This document shows, piece by piece, positions 8,451 to 17,027 of a stretch of DNA of 64,000 nucleotides. The stretch covers positions 32,001-96,000 of the IMG/VR virus record IMGVR_UViG_3300044620_001883; one strand, written 5' to 3'. The notes under the pieces were generated by a model. That model ran no database searches. It saw nothing but the letters and a program-made list of their open reading frames with translations, and was not told the DNA's origin. The position numbers and the translations under genes are program-made. This DNA comes from a virus. Taxonomy: Duplodnaviria > Caudoviricetes. Each line of letters begins with the position of its first letter. Positions within the stretch are counted from its first letter, which is position 1.

Positions 8451-11400
8451 ATGAACGGCATGCTTGAGAAACTCACAGATATGGAGCAAACCGAACAACC
8501 TTACCCGTCGTTTCCAGCGCCGACTCCCGAGCCGGAGGCAGCCACGCCGAAGGTGTGCGCTGAACCTTTTGAAGTGCCGGAGAATTGGAACGTTAGCAGA
8601 CGTCATCAGGATCGAGTTGTGGTGGCCGGCCGAGGGTCCAAACAATCCTCCATCATGTTCCTCTCCAGCAGTGTTCTGGAAGAGGAGGTGCTGGAGGAGG
8701 AGCAGGGTACCTACGGGGCTGTGTTCAAACGCAAACCTGCGTACTTGAAAGGCCCGCACGGCGCGGCTCTAAAGGACATGTGTATGTCCGTGGGTGTAGC
8801 GGTTGACAGTGACGTGTACTACACGGCGGTGTGCAAATGGTTGCTGCCCAAGGAGACACGGCTCAACCCCAAGGCAGGGGACATATCCCCCGGTCTGGCG
8901 TGTCTGCGGCGTGAGCTGACGGAGGTAAAGCCCAAGATTGTGGTGGCTTTCGGCAAGGCCGCCTTCGAGTTCTTGGTGCCGATACGGTTCAAATTTGGCG
9001 ATGCCATCGGGGCCTGGTTCTGGAGCGATGAGTTCCAGTGTCGCGTCATGCCCATGAACCACCAGTACTACGTGGCGGCCAAGCCTGAATGGATGGAGCG
9101 GTTTCGGATGGACATGGCCCAGGTGAAACAGGCCCTCGACGAATCTCGGGGTATCCTGGTCAACAGGATACCGTTGCATTACCGAACTGTCACGAACGCC
9201 GCGGAACTGCGGCAGCTTGTAAAGGACCTGCAACCATACAAGCTGCTATGTCCTGACTGTGAGTGGCACGGCAGGAGCCACGCATCAGGCCAGTTGCGTT
9301 CGCTCCAGATTGGCTGGCTGCCGGGGCATGCGGCGTACATCAGGTTCATGGACGACAAGCTCAACTACGTCTTTGACGTGGACTACCGGGCGGCCGGGGC
9401 GATTCTGGCGGAAGTGTGGGATCAGCCGGACGTGGAGCTGGTCGGACATCACATATCTGCGGATTTACCCTGGCTTGCGGAGTGGTTAGGATTGACCTGG
9501 TGGGGCAAGACAAGACTTGATACTGAGTTCGCGTACCAGTGCTGCAACGAACATGGTGACCGCGGGTTGGAGCGTATGTCCCTCCGGTACACAGATCTTG
9601 GCAGGTATGAGATGGAGCTGGAGTTCTGGAAGAAGGACCACAGGGCGGACGTGGAGGGTGGCTACGGTCTGATCCCGGATGAGATACTGATCCCCTACGC
9701 TCTCCGGGACGTTGACGTCCCGTTGCGTGCTCTGCCTTACATCGAGAAGGACTTAGAGCAGCAGGGCATGCTTGAGTACTACCGGACGATCATGAACCCG
9801 TTTGTGACGGATGTGTTCACGCAGTTCGCCATCACGGGGCTGCCGATGAACATGGAGCTCATGGATGAGATGCGCATGTTGTACGGGTTCGTCTACCAGG
9901 AGATGGAGCGGATCTTCCGCGACAACATCTACGCAGAGGCCTGGTTGCTACTGGCGCGCAATGCGGTGGAGATGCTGCCGAACCTCAAGGGGCTGGAAGA
10001 CGCGGAGCTGCGGCGCACGCTTGCAATATCTGTATCGAGTTCCTGGGGGCCCAGGCTCCGGCAGGTCTACGAGGACGCCATGGCCGACGCAAAGGACGCG
10101 GCGGCGGCACTGCGTGTTTTCTTGCAAGAGTCCATGGGACTGCCGTTGGAATCTCTCTCAAAGGAGGAGGAGCGCTGCATTGTGCAGTCCATTGAGCACG
10201 CCCACGGGGCTGCCGGTTTCAATTTACGCTCCGTGACGGACATGCGGCGTTGGTTGTTTGATGTGAAAGGTTACACACCAGTCAAGAGTACTGCCAACAA
10301 AGCCAAGGGGGTACCGGCCACAGACTGGGCAAAGGTGATGTCCTGGAAGCCGGCAAAACGTGAAGGTCTCGTGCCGGCCGTGGACAAACAAACTTTGCAG
10401 ATCCTCTCGGCCGCCAACCAGGATCCGGTATTGATGGAGTTGCTGGAGCTCAATGCGGTGGGCAATATCCGGAAGGCTTTCCTGAAGGAACCGGAGCGCA
10501 ACGAGGCGGGGGAGATTACGGAGGAGGCCGGACTACACGCGTGGGTGGCACCAGACAAGCGGGTGCATGGGCAAATGTCCATGACGGAGACATCCCGTCC
10601 GCGTGCCTGGAATCCGAACAGCCTCAACTGGCCCTCATATGTCCAGGATCGGATCCTGTCTGGGATGGCGCGCATCCTGGAATATGTTCACGCAGAAGGC
10701 AGACTTCCCGCCATTTTTCAGAAGTACCTGAAACAGAAATTGCCAGCTCTGCGGCACTGCGTGCAAGCTCCGCCTGGTCTGTGTTTTGTGGAGTCCGACT
10801 TCCAGACAGCCGAGGTGCTGGGCCTGGCGTACATTTCGGGTGATGAAAATTTGATCCGGATCATGACGGAACCGGATCAGCAGTTCGCGATCACAACCAA
10901 GGGGGAGAAGGTGCGGGTGGGTTATGCCAGCGACTGTGGTATTGCACCGCGAGCGCAGGAGCAGCGTTTCATCATGAGTGTGTGGGAAGAGGGCAAGTTT
11001 ATACGCAACGTTCAGGAATCTGAGCTGAAGCGAAATCCGGACGGTTCTCTGCGCCATCCCAAAGCGGATCTACACTGGTCCCTGGCGGAGATGTTCCAGG
11101 AACGCCCGCGCGAACTGATGACCAACAAGAAGGACCGAGGAGCCGGAAAAGCTGGCAACTTCAAGACAGCATACGGCTCGACGCCCGGCACACTGGAACG
11201 CAGTATTGAGGCGGACACAGGCTTCAAGCCGGAGCCCGGTACTGGGGAGAAAATCCTGACAGCTTTGGAGAAGCGCCAACCAAAAGCTGTGGCGTTCCTG
11301 AACGCGCAGGAAGACAAGGTTCTGGATCCTGGTTACTTGCGTGCAGCATCAGGTAAACTGCGGCACTTTGTGGCACCCCCGAACGTGTACGGGCTATCTA

Positions 11401-11876
11401 GCAGTTTGACCCGGTCGATCATCTCAGCACAGGCTCGTGAGGCGAGAAACTACTTCATGCAGGAGTCGGTGGCGGCTACAGCTCTTCGGGCTGCGTACTG
11501 GCTGATGCAGTTCAAGCGGCGGTACAACCTCGAGGGTGTGCCTATTACGGTCCTGTACGACAGCGTGGTCACCATGTGCCCCTACCACGAGCGAAAGCTG
11601 TGGGCCAAGGCGCATGAACTGTGCATGTACAGAGCCAACGGGTGGGAGTACCATGGACGCGTTCTGAACTACTCGATCGACACGGAAGTCAATGCCGGGT
11701 GGTCGCTGCCCTACAAGTACGTACCAGGGCAGCGTCATATGGACGCGCTGTTGTCGCGTGACGAGTACGCGCCCACCCCTTCCCATTTACGGGCAGCAGA
11801 AGCATGGTTGGATTCGTCGAATGAGTTCTTCAAGCAGAACCCTCGCGCGAGTCTGAACACGTGCTTGTTCAGCTAG
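8451..11876 (+). CDS. polA: Family A DNA polymerase with N-terminal UDG-like domain and 3'-5' exonuclease
   Basis: UDG fold (VYYTAVCK, KPKIVVAFGKAA); ExoI DCE, ExoII GHHISAD, ExoIII YALRD; motif A SDFQTAE, B RGAGKAGNFKTAYG, C LYDS. Confidence 0.95.
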   Translation: MNGMLEKLTDMEQTEQPYPSFPAPTPEPEAATPKVCAEPFEVPENWNVSRRHQDRVVVAGRGSKQSSIMFLSSSVLEEEVLEEEQGTYGAVFKRKPAYLKGPHGAALKDMCMSVGVAVDSDVYYTAVCKWLLPKETRLNPKAGDISPGLACLRRELTEVKPKIVVAFGKAAFEFLVPIRFKFGDAIGAWFWSDEFQCRVMPMNHQYYVAAKPEWMERFRMDMAQVKQALDESRGILVNRIPLHYRTVTNAAELRQLVKDLQPYKLLCPDCEWHGRSHASGQLRSLQIGWLPGHAAYIRFMDDKLNYVFDVDYRAAGAILAEVWDQPDVELVGHHISADLPWLAEWLGLTWWGKTRLDTEFAYQCCNEHGDRGLERMSLRYTDLGRYEMELEFWKKDHRADVEGGYGLIPDEILIPYALRDVDVPLRALPYIEKDLEQQGMLEYYRTIMNPFVTDVFTQFAITGLPMNMELMDEMRMLYGFVYQEMERIFRDNIYAEAWLLLARNAVEMLPNLKGLEDAELRRTLAISVSSSWGPRLRQVYEDAMADAKDAAAALRVFLQESMGLPLESLSKEEERCIVQSIEHAHGAAGFNLRSVTDMRRWLFDVKGYTPVKSTANKAKGVPATDWAKVMSWKPAKREGLVPAVDKQTLQILSAANQDPVLMELLELNAVGNIRKAFLKEPERNEAGEITEEAGLHAWVAPDKRVHGQMSMTETSRPRAWNPNSLNWPSYVQDRILSGMARILEYVHAEGRLPAIFQKYLKQKLPALRHCVQAPPGLCFVESDFQTAEVLGLAYISGDENLIRIMTEPDQQFAITTKGEKVRVGYASDCGIAPRAQEQRFIMSVWEEGKFIRNVQESELKRNPDGSLRHPKADLHWSLAEMFQERPRELMTNKKDRGAGKAGNFKTAYGSTPGTLERSIEADTGFKPEPGTGEKILTALEKRQPKAVAFLNAQEDKVLDPGYLRAASGKLRHFVAPPNVYGLSSSLTRSIISAQAREARNYFMQESVAATALRAAYWLMQFKRRYNLEGVPITVLYDSVVTMCPYHERKLWAKAHELCMYRANGWEYHGRVLNYSIDTEVNAGWSLPYKYVPGQRHMDALLSRDEYAPTPSHLRAAEAWLDSSNEFFKQNPRASLNTCLFS

Positions 11877-11880
11877 ACCA

Positions 11881-11903
11881 ACAGCAGTCTCTGAGGCTGC
11901 TGT
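11881..11903 (+). terminator. Hairpin after polA
   Basis: ACAGCAGTC-TCTGA-GGCTGCTGT 9-bp stem, no clear U-tract. Confidence 0.35.
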
Positions 11904-12004
11904 AACTGCAGTAAAACTTTCGCACAAATGCGACAAGAAAAATGAGTGTTCAACGCTGCAATGGCTTGCACCTCACGTGATGCGTTTTAGATGATCGTTC
12001 CCTT

Positions 12005-13987
12005 ATGGCAACTCATATCCCAACTAAACAAACCAGCCGCCGACTCACCGGTGGCAGTGCAGCAGAAGAACAGATGGACGCAGGCTTCAGCTCTGTGATC
12101 AGCCTATTCCAACCAGGGGTTGAATGGATTCAACCTGGCGACAAACGTGTGAACTTGCAGGTGCGCTTCAAACCGGCCCACGACCCACAGTTGGATCCGC
12201 AGGACCCAGCGTTCAAGCTCTCGGTAGTTCCCTACCGCACCAACTCAATCGACGCGGAATCCGGTCACCCGTTCTTCAGCGCCTGGTATGTGCCGTATCG
12301 TTCGTATCGTTATCTGGGCAACCAGAAACTCTCGTTCGTGTCTCCTATCACACGTGGGGACAGTTATCCCGAAGCGGATCGCACTTGCCCTGTGGTGATG
12401 CTGCTGCGGTATTGCAAGAAACACGCGGAATACGCGCACCTGCTTGAAGAGCGCCCGCGCACTCCTGACAACAAGTACGGTAAGCCAATCCTCCAATGGC
12501 CCGGCACGAGCATGGCTTACAATGTTGTGGCCGCGCATCGTGATCAGCAAACCCCGAAGGACATGCTGCTCACGATTGATCGCGGCGGGCACTTGAACAT
12601 GGTGGATCAGCTGGATCGTGCGACTCCGCGTGCTGCTCCTCCGGACATGCTTTCCCCTACCGGGGCGCCTCTGAATCCCGCGGACCCGCGCTGGAAGCAG
12701 TTTATGCCGCCTCATCTGGTGGACCCCAAGTGGGAACAGTACATGCTCGGCGATATCACAGATCCCGCTCGTGGATTGTTGGCGACAGTGAAGCAAGTTC
12801 AGTCTGGTAACTCTTCCGCAACGCCATGGTGCCCAGTCTTCTCCACGGAGCCCGGTTGGCCCGCTGGTATCGTGCAGTACCCGCTGACACAGCAACAGCT
12901 TGAGAATCGTTACGATCTTCAGTCTGAAGATGTGATTCGCATCGAGCCCTTTCAGCGTCTTGTTGAGATCTTGATCGCCGACGGTTTCTTGCCGCGTGAT
13001 CTGATTGCTGTTGTCTGTGGTGGTATGTGTGACATCCCTGGAGGTGGTGCGCCCTCTCCGACTTACAAGTCGGCTGTCACGGGTTTTGCACAACCGTCCG
13101 ACGACGACATTCCGATGCAGCACCCCGCGCCAGCCCAGCAGGCTCCGGCCTTCGGAGGTCAACAGGCTCCAGCGCCTGCTTACCAAGCCCCAGCTTTCGG
13201 GGACCAGCAGGCTCCGGCCTTCGGAGGTCAACAGGCTCCAGCGCCTGCTTACCAAGCCCCAGCTTTCGGGGGCCAGCAGGCTCCAGTGCCCGCTTATCAG
13301 GCTCCGGCCTTTGGCGGTCAGCAGGCTCCAGTGCCCGCTTATCAGGCTCCAGCCTTTGGAGGTCAGCAGGCTCCAGCCTTTGGAGGTCAGCAGGCTCCCG
13401 CCTTCGGAGGTCAGCAGGCTCCCGCCTTCGGAGGTCAACAGGCTCCAGCGCCTGCTTATCAGGCTCCGGCCTTCGGAGGTCAACAGGCTCCAGCGCCTGC
13501 TTATCAGGCTCCGGCCTTCGGAGGTCAACAGGCTCCGGCCTTCGGTCAACCGGCAACCAGCCCGTTGGGCCATGAAGCGGACACTCCGTTTACGGCACCG
13601 CCTCCACCACCTCCACCTCCGCCTCCGCCTCCACCTCCGCCGCCTCCACCTCCACCTCCCGCGCCCGCCCAGTTTTTCTGGGTTGCTGAAAATGGTGTAA
13701 GTCGTGCGGAGCCGGTGGCACTGCATGACCTGGGCAAATGCCCACCTGAGGTCCGCGTGTGTAGCGTCGTGGATCCAAGTAAGGGGTGGCAGTCAATTGC
13801 AGACGTGCTCGGCACGGGCGTCTCCGTTGAAACCAACGACAGCAGCGCACTGACCGGACCGGAAATGCAGGAGTGGGCGGAACTCGACGCACAGTCGCGA
13901 AACCGCACCATGGACATGCCTGGTGAGCGGCTCATGCGCTTGGGTGCGCTGCAGCAACGGGCAAGGGCAGCAGGGCAATCCCTGTAA
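12005..13987 (+). CDS. Putative gp32-like ssDNA-binding protein with low-complexity tail and GYF_2-like C-terminal domain
   Basis: Lies between polA and recA; GDITDPARG and RYDL segments typical of gp32-like SSBs; repeats; 21 consecutive Pro; FWVAENG..P..L..W..IADV. Confidence 0.55.
   Translation: MATHIPTKQTSRRLTGGSAAEEQMDAGFSSVISLFQPGVEWIQPGDKRVNLQVRFKPAHDPQLDPQDPAFKLSVVPYRTNSIDAESGHPFFSAWYVPYRSYRYLGNQKLSFVSPITRGDSYPEADRTCPVVMLLRYCKKHAEYAHLLEERPRTPDNKYGKPILQWPGTSMAYNVVAAHRDQQTPKDMLLTIDRGGHLNMVDQLDRATPRAAPPDMLSPTGAPLNPADPRWKQFMPPHLVDPKWEQYMLGDITDPARGLLATVKQVQSGNSSATPWCPVFSTEPGWPAGIVQYPLTQQQLENRYDLQSEDVIRIEPFQRLVEILIADGFLPRDLIAVVCGGMCDIPGGGAPSPTYKSAVTGFAQPSDDDIPMQHPAPAQQAPAFGGQQAPAPAYQAPAFGDQQAPAFGGQQAPAPAYQAPAFGGQQAPVPAYQAPAFGGQQAPVPAYQAPAFGGQQAPAFGGQQAPAFGGQQAPAFGGQQAPAPAYQAPAFGGQQAPAPAYQAPAFGGQQAPAFGQPATSPLGHEADTPFTAPPPPPPPPPPPPPPPPPPPPPAPAQFFWVAENGVSRAEPVALHDLGKCPPEVRVCSVVDPSKGWQSIADVLGTGVSVETNDSSALTGPEMQEWAELDAQSRNRTMDMPGERLMRLGALQQRARAAGQSL
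13136..13546 (+). repeat. Coding tandem repeat of 24-nt (QQAPAFGG) and 45-nt (QQAPAPAYQAPAFGG) units
   Basis: 12 units in order A-B-A-B-B-B-A-A-A-B-B-A with synonymous variation. Confidence 0.95.
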
Positions 13988-13998
13988 GTAGGTAATCC

Positions 13999-14035
13999 AA
14001 ACGTGACGGGGTCCGATCCCCCGTCACGTTTTGTT
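13999..14035 (+). terminator. Intrinsic terminator
   Basis: AAACGTGACGGGG/CCCCGTCACGTTT 13-bp stem followed by TGTT. Confidence 0.75.
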
Positions 14036-14070
14036 CGTACTAGGAAGACAATCAGCCAGAGAGCAAAAAC

Positions 14071-15558
14071 ATGGCCAAACGCAAAACAACAAAGCCAGCA
14101 AAAGCGACGAAAGTGTGCAACAACACATCCCCGGACACAGCTGTTCCGGAGGTTGCGGAGGACATGACAGTCCCGCGTATCCATAATGCATCACGCAGCA
14201 ACGCAGGCGAATTCGACAGTGTGGCACAGGCGGAAGCAGGGCGGGCCAGGTCCGTGCAGGAGCAATTGTTGGAGATGGCCTCGCGGCGTACTTCCAACCC
14301 ACGCCCAGCGACCTACGCGCAAGCGTCCACAGTAAAGCAAACACAGCTACCACATGTGCATTTTCTGATGCAGTGGCTGACCGACAATTATGGGTACCCG
14401 GGCAGCGGTCTGGTTAATTTCGTGGGAGACACGAGTTGCGGCAAGACCACCAAAATGTTGACCGACGCCGCACACATCATGAAGGAACGCAATGCGCCCC
14501 TGCTGTACATGTCTTGTGAAGGCAAGGACAAGACTATGAGCCGCGATCGCATGCTTCGTTGCATGCACTCTGACCCGGTCATAGCACTCCAGCTGCTCAG
14601 TAATGTGTCTATCGAGTACACCCAGTCTGTGTTGCAGCTAATGCCTCAGATGGTCAATTGGGCCAAGGTTCAACGTGAAGGTTGCGGTAAGGGTAAAAAC
14701 GCCGCGGCAGGTCTGCCTATGTCGATCCCTTTGTTGATTATCGTGGATCCATTCAGCCGCCTCCTGAACGCCGTGGAGTCTGAGGGTAATGTGTCGTGGG
14801 ACAAAGTCGGCAAGGAGCAGCGTACTGAAGTGGGCACTCAGAAGGTGAACTTAGGACACTCCAAGTACGCCCAACACTTTTGCCGTTGGTTGCAATGTTT
14901 TGTGGATGAGTACAACGTGCTGGTGTTCGTTGCCCACAGCCGTAATGCTGATGTCGATTTCGACGGTTCCGCGGCACGGGCTGTGCAGGGTATGTCCGAG
15001 TGGAAGTCCCACCTGATGCGCTACAAGTTCCTGGGCATGAGCGCTTTCGAGAGTCTGGCAGCCTTGACCTTCATCATGACATCCTTAGAGCTTATCAAGG
15101 ATCCATTCGAGAAAAAATTGATCGTGTCCAAAAGGGTGCGCTGTCGTTTGCGCAAACAGTCACACGGAATAGGTGAACGGTTGTGTTCTTGGGAACTGCG
15201 CATGGAGCACAAGAAGTTCGACCTCGATCAGGGAAAGACATATCTGGATCCTCCGATTCACTACAGCGAAGGTTTCTGCGACATGCTGCAGGAGCAAAAA
15301 CTGCTCGGTGTGCGCATCAACGAGGAAGGCCTGGTGTCCGTCGGCGATCTGGGTTTGAAAGGCTTGACCCCGCTGCAAGTGGATCTGCACCTGCATCGCG
15401 ACAAGGCGCTGATCAACAACCTGGGCATTCAGCTGGGTATCAACGGGTACGTGAACCTGGTGGAAGACATTGTGACCTCCGTGAAGGAAACCAGCGATGC
15501 CAAAGTGAAGAAAACCAGCGATGCCAAAGTGAAGAAAACCAGCGATGCCAAAGTCTAA
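14071..15558 (+). CDS. recA: RecA/UvsX-like recombinase
   Basis: Walker A GDTSCGKTT, Walker B LLIIVD, RecA-like strand order. Confidence 0.85.
   Translation: MAKRKTTKPAKATKVCNNTSPDTAVPEVAEDMTVPRIHNASRSNAGEFDSVAQAEAGRARSVQEQLLEMASRRTSNPRPATYAQASTVKQTQLPHVHFLMQWLTDNYGYPGSGLVNFVGDTSCGKTTKMLTDAAHIMKERNAPLLYMSCEGKDKTMSRDRMLRCMHSDPVIALQLLSNVSIEYTQSVLQLMPQMVNWAKVQREGCGKGKNAAAGLPMSIPLLIIVDPFSRLLNAVESEGNVSWDKVGKEQRTEVGTQKVNLGHSKYAQHFCRWLQCFVDEYNVLVFVAHSRNADVDFDGSAARAVQGMSEWKSHLMRYKFLGMSAFESLAALTFIMTSLELIKDPFEKKLIVSKRVRCRLRKQSHGIGERLCSWELRMEHKKFDLDQGKTYLDPPIHYSEGFCDMLQEQKLLGVRINEEGLVSVGDLGLKGLTPLQVDLHLHRDKALINNLGIQLGINGYVNLVEDIVTSVKETSDAKVKKTSDAKVKKTSDAKV
15481..15554 (+). repeat. 3 x 24-nt coding repeat (VKKTSDAK) at the RecA C-terminus
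   Basis: GTGAAGAAAACCAGCGATGCCAAA x3, one mismatch. Confidence 0.95.
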
Positions 15559-15985
15559 CAACGAAGCGATCAAAGTCTCCGAGCAACAAACGCTCGGGTG
15601 GTTGTGGCGTGCCTTGAAGCTCTCGGGAAGAGCGCCGAGAGCACTGGATGAATTGACAGAGGCGCATTTTTTGCAGCTTGATGAAGCATACCCGCTCCCG
15701 GTCGGATGGGATCGTGTGTTCATAACCTGTGTGGCGTTTCCGGTGTGCCGTGACATCTGGCAGGACAACGCTGACTCCATTGTTCATGACCTGCTCAGTC
15801 AGGCCCGCGCAGGTGTGTTATTGGTCTCCGATTCGACGGTGGTGCGGAGCGCGGAGAACCTGCACCTGATCTACGGCGACACGCCCCACGTGGATCCTTT
15901 GAGCTTCGACCTGGACACGCCCCCACAATTGGTACATCCCGGCTGGCAGATAGCTTGTGAAAAATTGAAGAGGCATTTTGCATGA
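15545..15985 (+). CDS. Hypothetical protein
   Basis: Tiles between neighbours. Confidence 0.7.
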   Translation: MPKSNNEAIKVSEQQTLGWLWRALKLSGRAPRALDELTEAHFLQLDEAYPLPVGWDRVFITCVAFPVCRDIWQDNADSIVHDLLSQARAGVLLVSDSTVVRSAENLHLIYGDTPHVDPLSFDLDTPPQLVHPGWQIACEKLKRHFA

Positions 15986-16425
15986 TGCGCAGCAGACGAA
16001 ACATCAAGAAATGGTACGAGATACTTTTAGCCGTCGAGGATAACTGGCGGCCGGCGGCTGATGATATTGTGGAGCGAAACTACAGTGCGGCGGAGTTGTG
16101 CGTACCGGCCGCGGAGTTCGGTTCCGGGTCGACCATCTTGGATGTGGCTTTCTACTTCCAGAGCCCAAACTTGGAAGGCATGCGCAGGCAGCTGCGCATG
16201 TTCGATATTTTGCACATGTGTGTTAACACCCAACAAGCCTCGGGCGGTGCCAACTTCAGTGCCATCGACTTCTTGTTGGTTCCGCGCGAAAGACTGCGTG
16301 AGTTTGTGTGCCTGACCGCAGCTGGGCGCTTGCCTTTTGCGGACCCAAACATCCCAGAACTGTGCATGGTTCAACTGGGACGTTCGTTCCAGAAGTCATT
16401 CAGGAAGGAACTGCGCACGGCATGA
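15982..16425 (+). CDS. Hypothetical protein
   Basis: ATGA overlaps at both ends. Confidence 0.75.
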   Translation: MMRSRRNIKKWYEILLAVEDNWRPAADDIVERNYSAAELCVPAAEFGSGSTILDVAFYFQSPNLEGMRRQLRMFDILHMCVNTQQASGGANFSAIDFLLVPRERLREFVCLTAAGRLPFADPNIPELCMVQLGRSFQKSFRKELRTA

Positions 16426-17027
16426 CACCGTCATTCAGCCAGCCCGCCCTTGTATATTTTTACTCACCCCTTCCAGGTGGGTTGGTTGATTTGACCCAGG
16501 GTTGTATCAACACACCCGTGTTGCCAGGTACTCCTGACGTGGACGTCGTGTGTCAGATCGTTACAGAAGCAGGCATCCACGCACCCTTTGCTGTAGTCGA
16601 TTCGGGCAGGCTGGTACCATCCAGTGCAGGGTTGTCACAGCTGATCGGGATAATAGAAACTGCGTCAACCTCACAGCAATGGTACAGTCCACATGCTCGG
16701 AGTGTGCTAGCGCGGTACGCGCAGTGGGCGCTGTGGCAGGATCAGCTCTTCCGGGAACAGAAGGGGTTACAACCACCCGCGTACTGGCAACCGACATTGA
16801 GTTTCCTGGATCCTGTTCAGGAACTCAACAGCCCCGCCTACATGGCTTTGCAGGACAGGCAGTCCTGGACTGCTGTGAAGGTGTTGCAGCTTTTCCCGTC
16901 TTTACTGCCGGAAGGCGCTGACAGGTCAAAATGGCCGCTGGTCGAACCGTGGGTTGCCGCTATGATCTGGTTCAATCTTGCTAAATTCTTACACACGCAC
17001 TCGAAATGTCCCAACCTCGTTACATAG
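16422..17027 (+). CDS. Hypothetical protein
   Basis: ATGA overlap; 201 aa. Confidence 0.7.
   Translation: MTPSFSQPALVYFYSPLPGGLVDLTQGCINTPVLPGTPDVDVVCQIVTEAGIHAPFAVVDSGRLVPSSAGLSQLIGIIETASTSQQWYSPHARSVLARYAQWALWQDQLFREQKGLQPPAYWQPTLSFLDPVQELNSPAYMALQDRQSWTAVKVLQLFPSLLPEGADRSKWPLVEPWVAAMIWFNLAKFLHTHSKCPNLVT

Noticed and set aside
8451-11876. Intein in PolA (or in LigA/RNAP)
   Set aside because: The inserts lack Cys/Ser starts, His-Asn ends and LAGLIDADG motifs
13136-13546. Possible CRISPR array
   Set aside because: The repeats are in-frame coding units with synonymous variation and no unique spacers
12245-13726. Long minus-strand ORFs (also 16838-17965, 23671-24837, 52862-53917, 58617-59552, 5075-6046)
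   Set aside because: Antisense shadows of well-supported + strand genes in GC-rich DNA; no recognisable motifs
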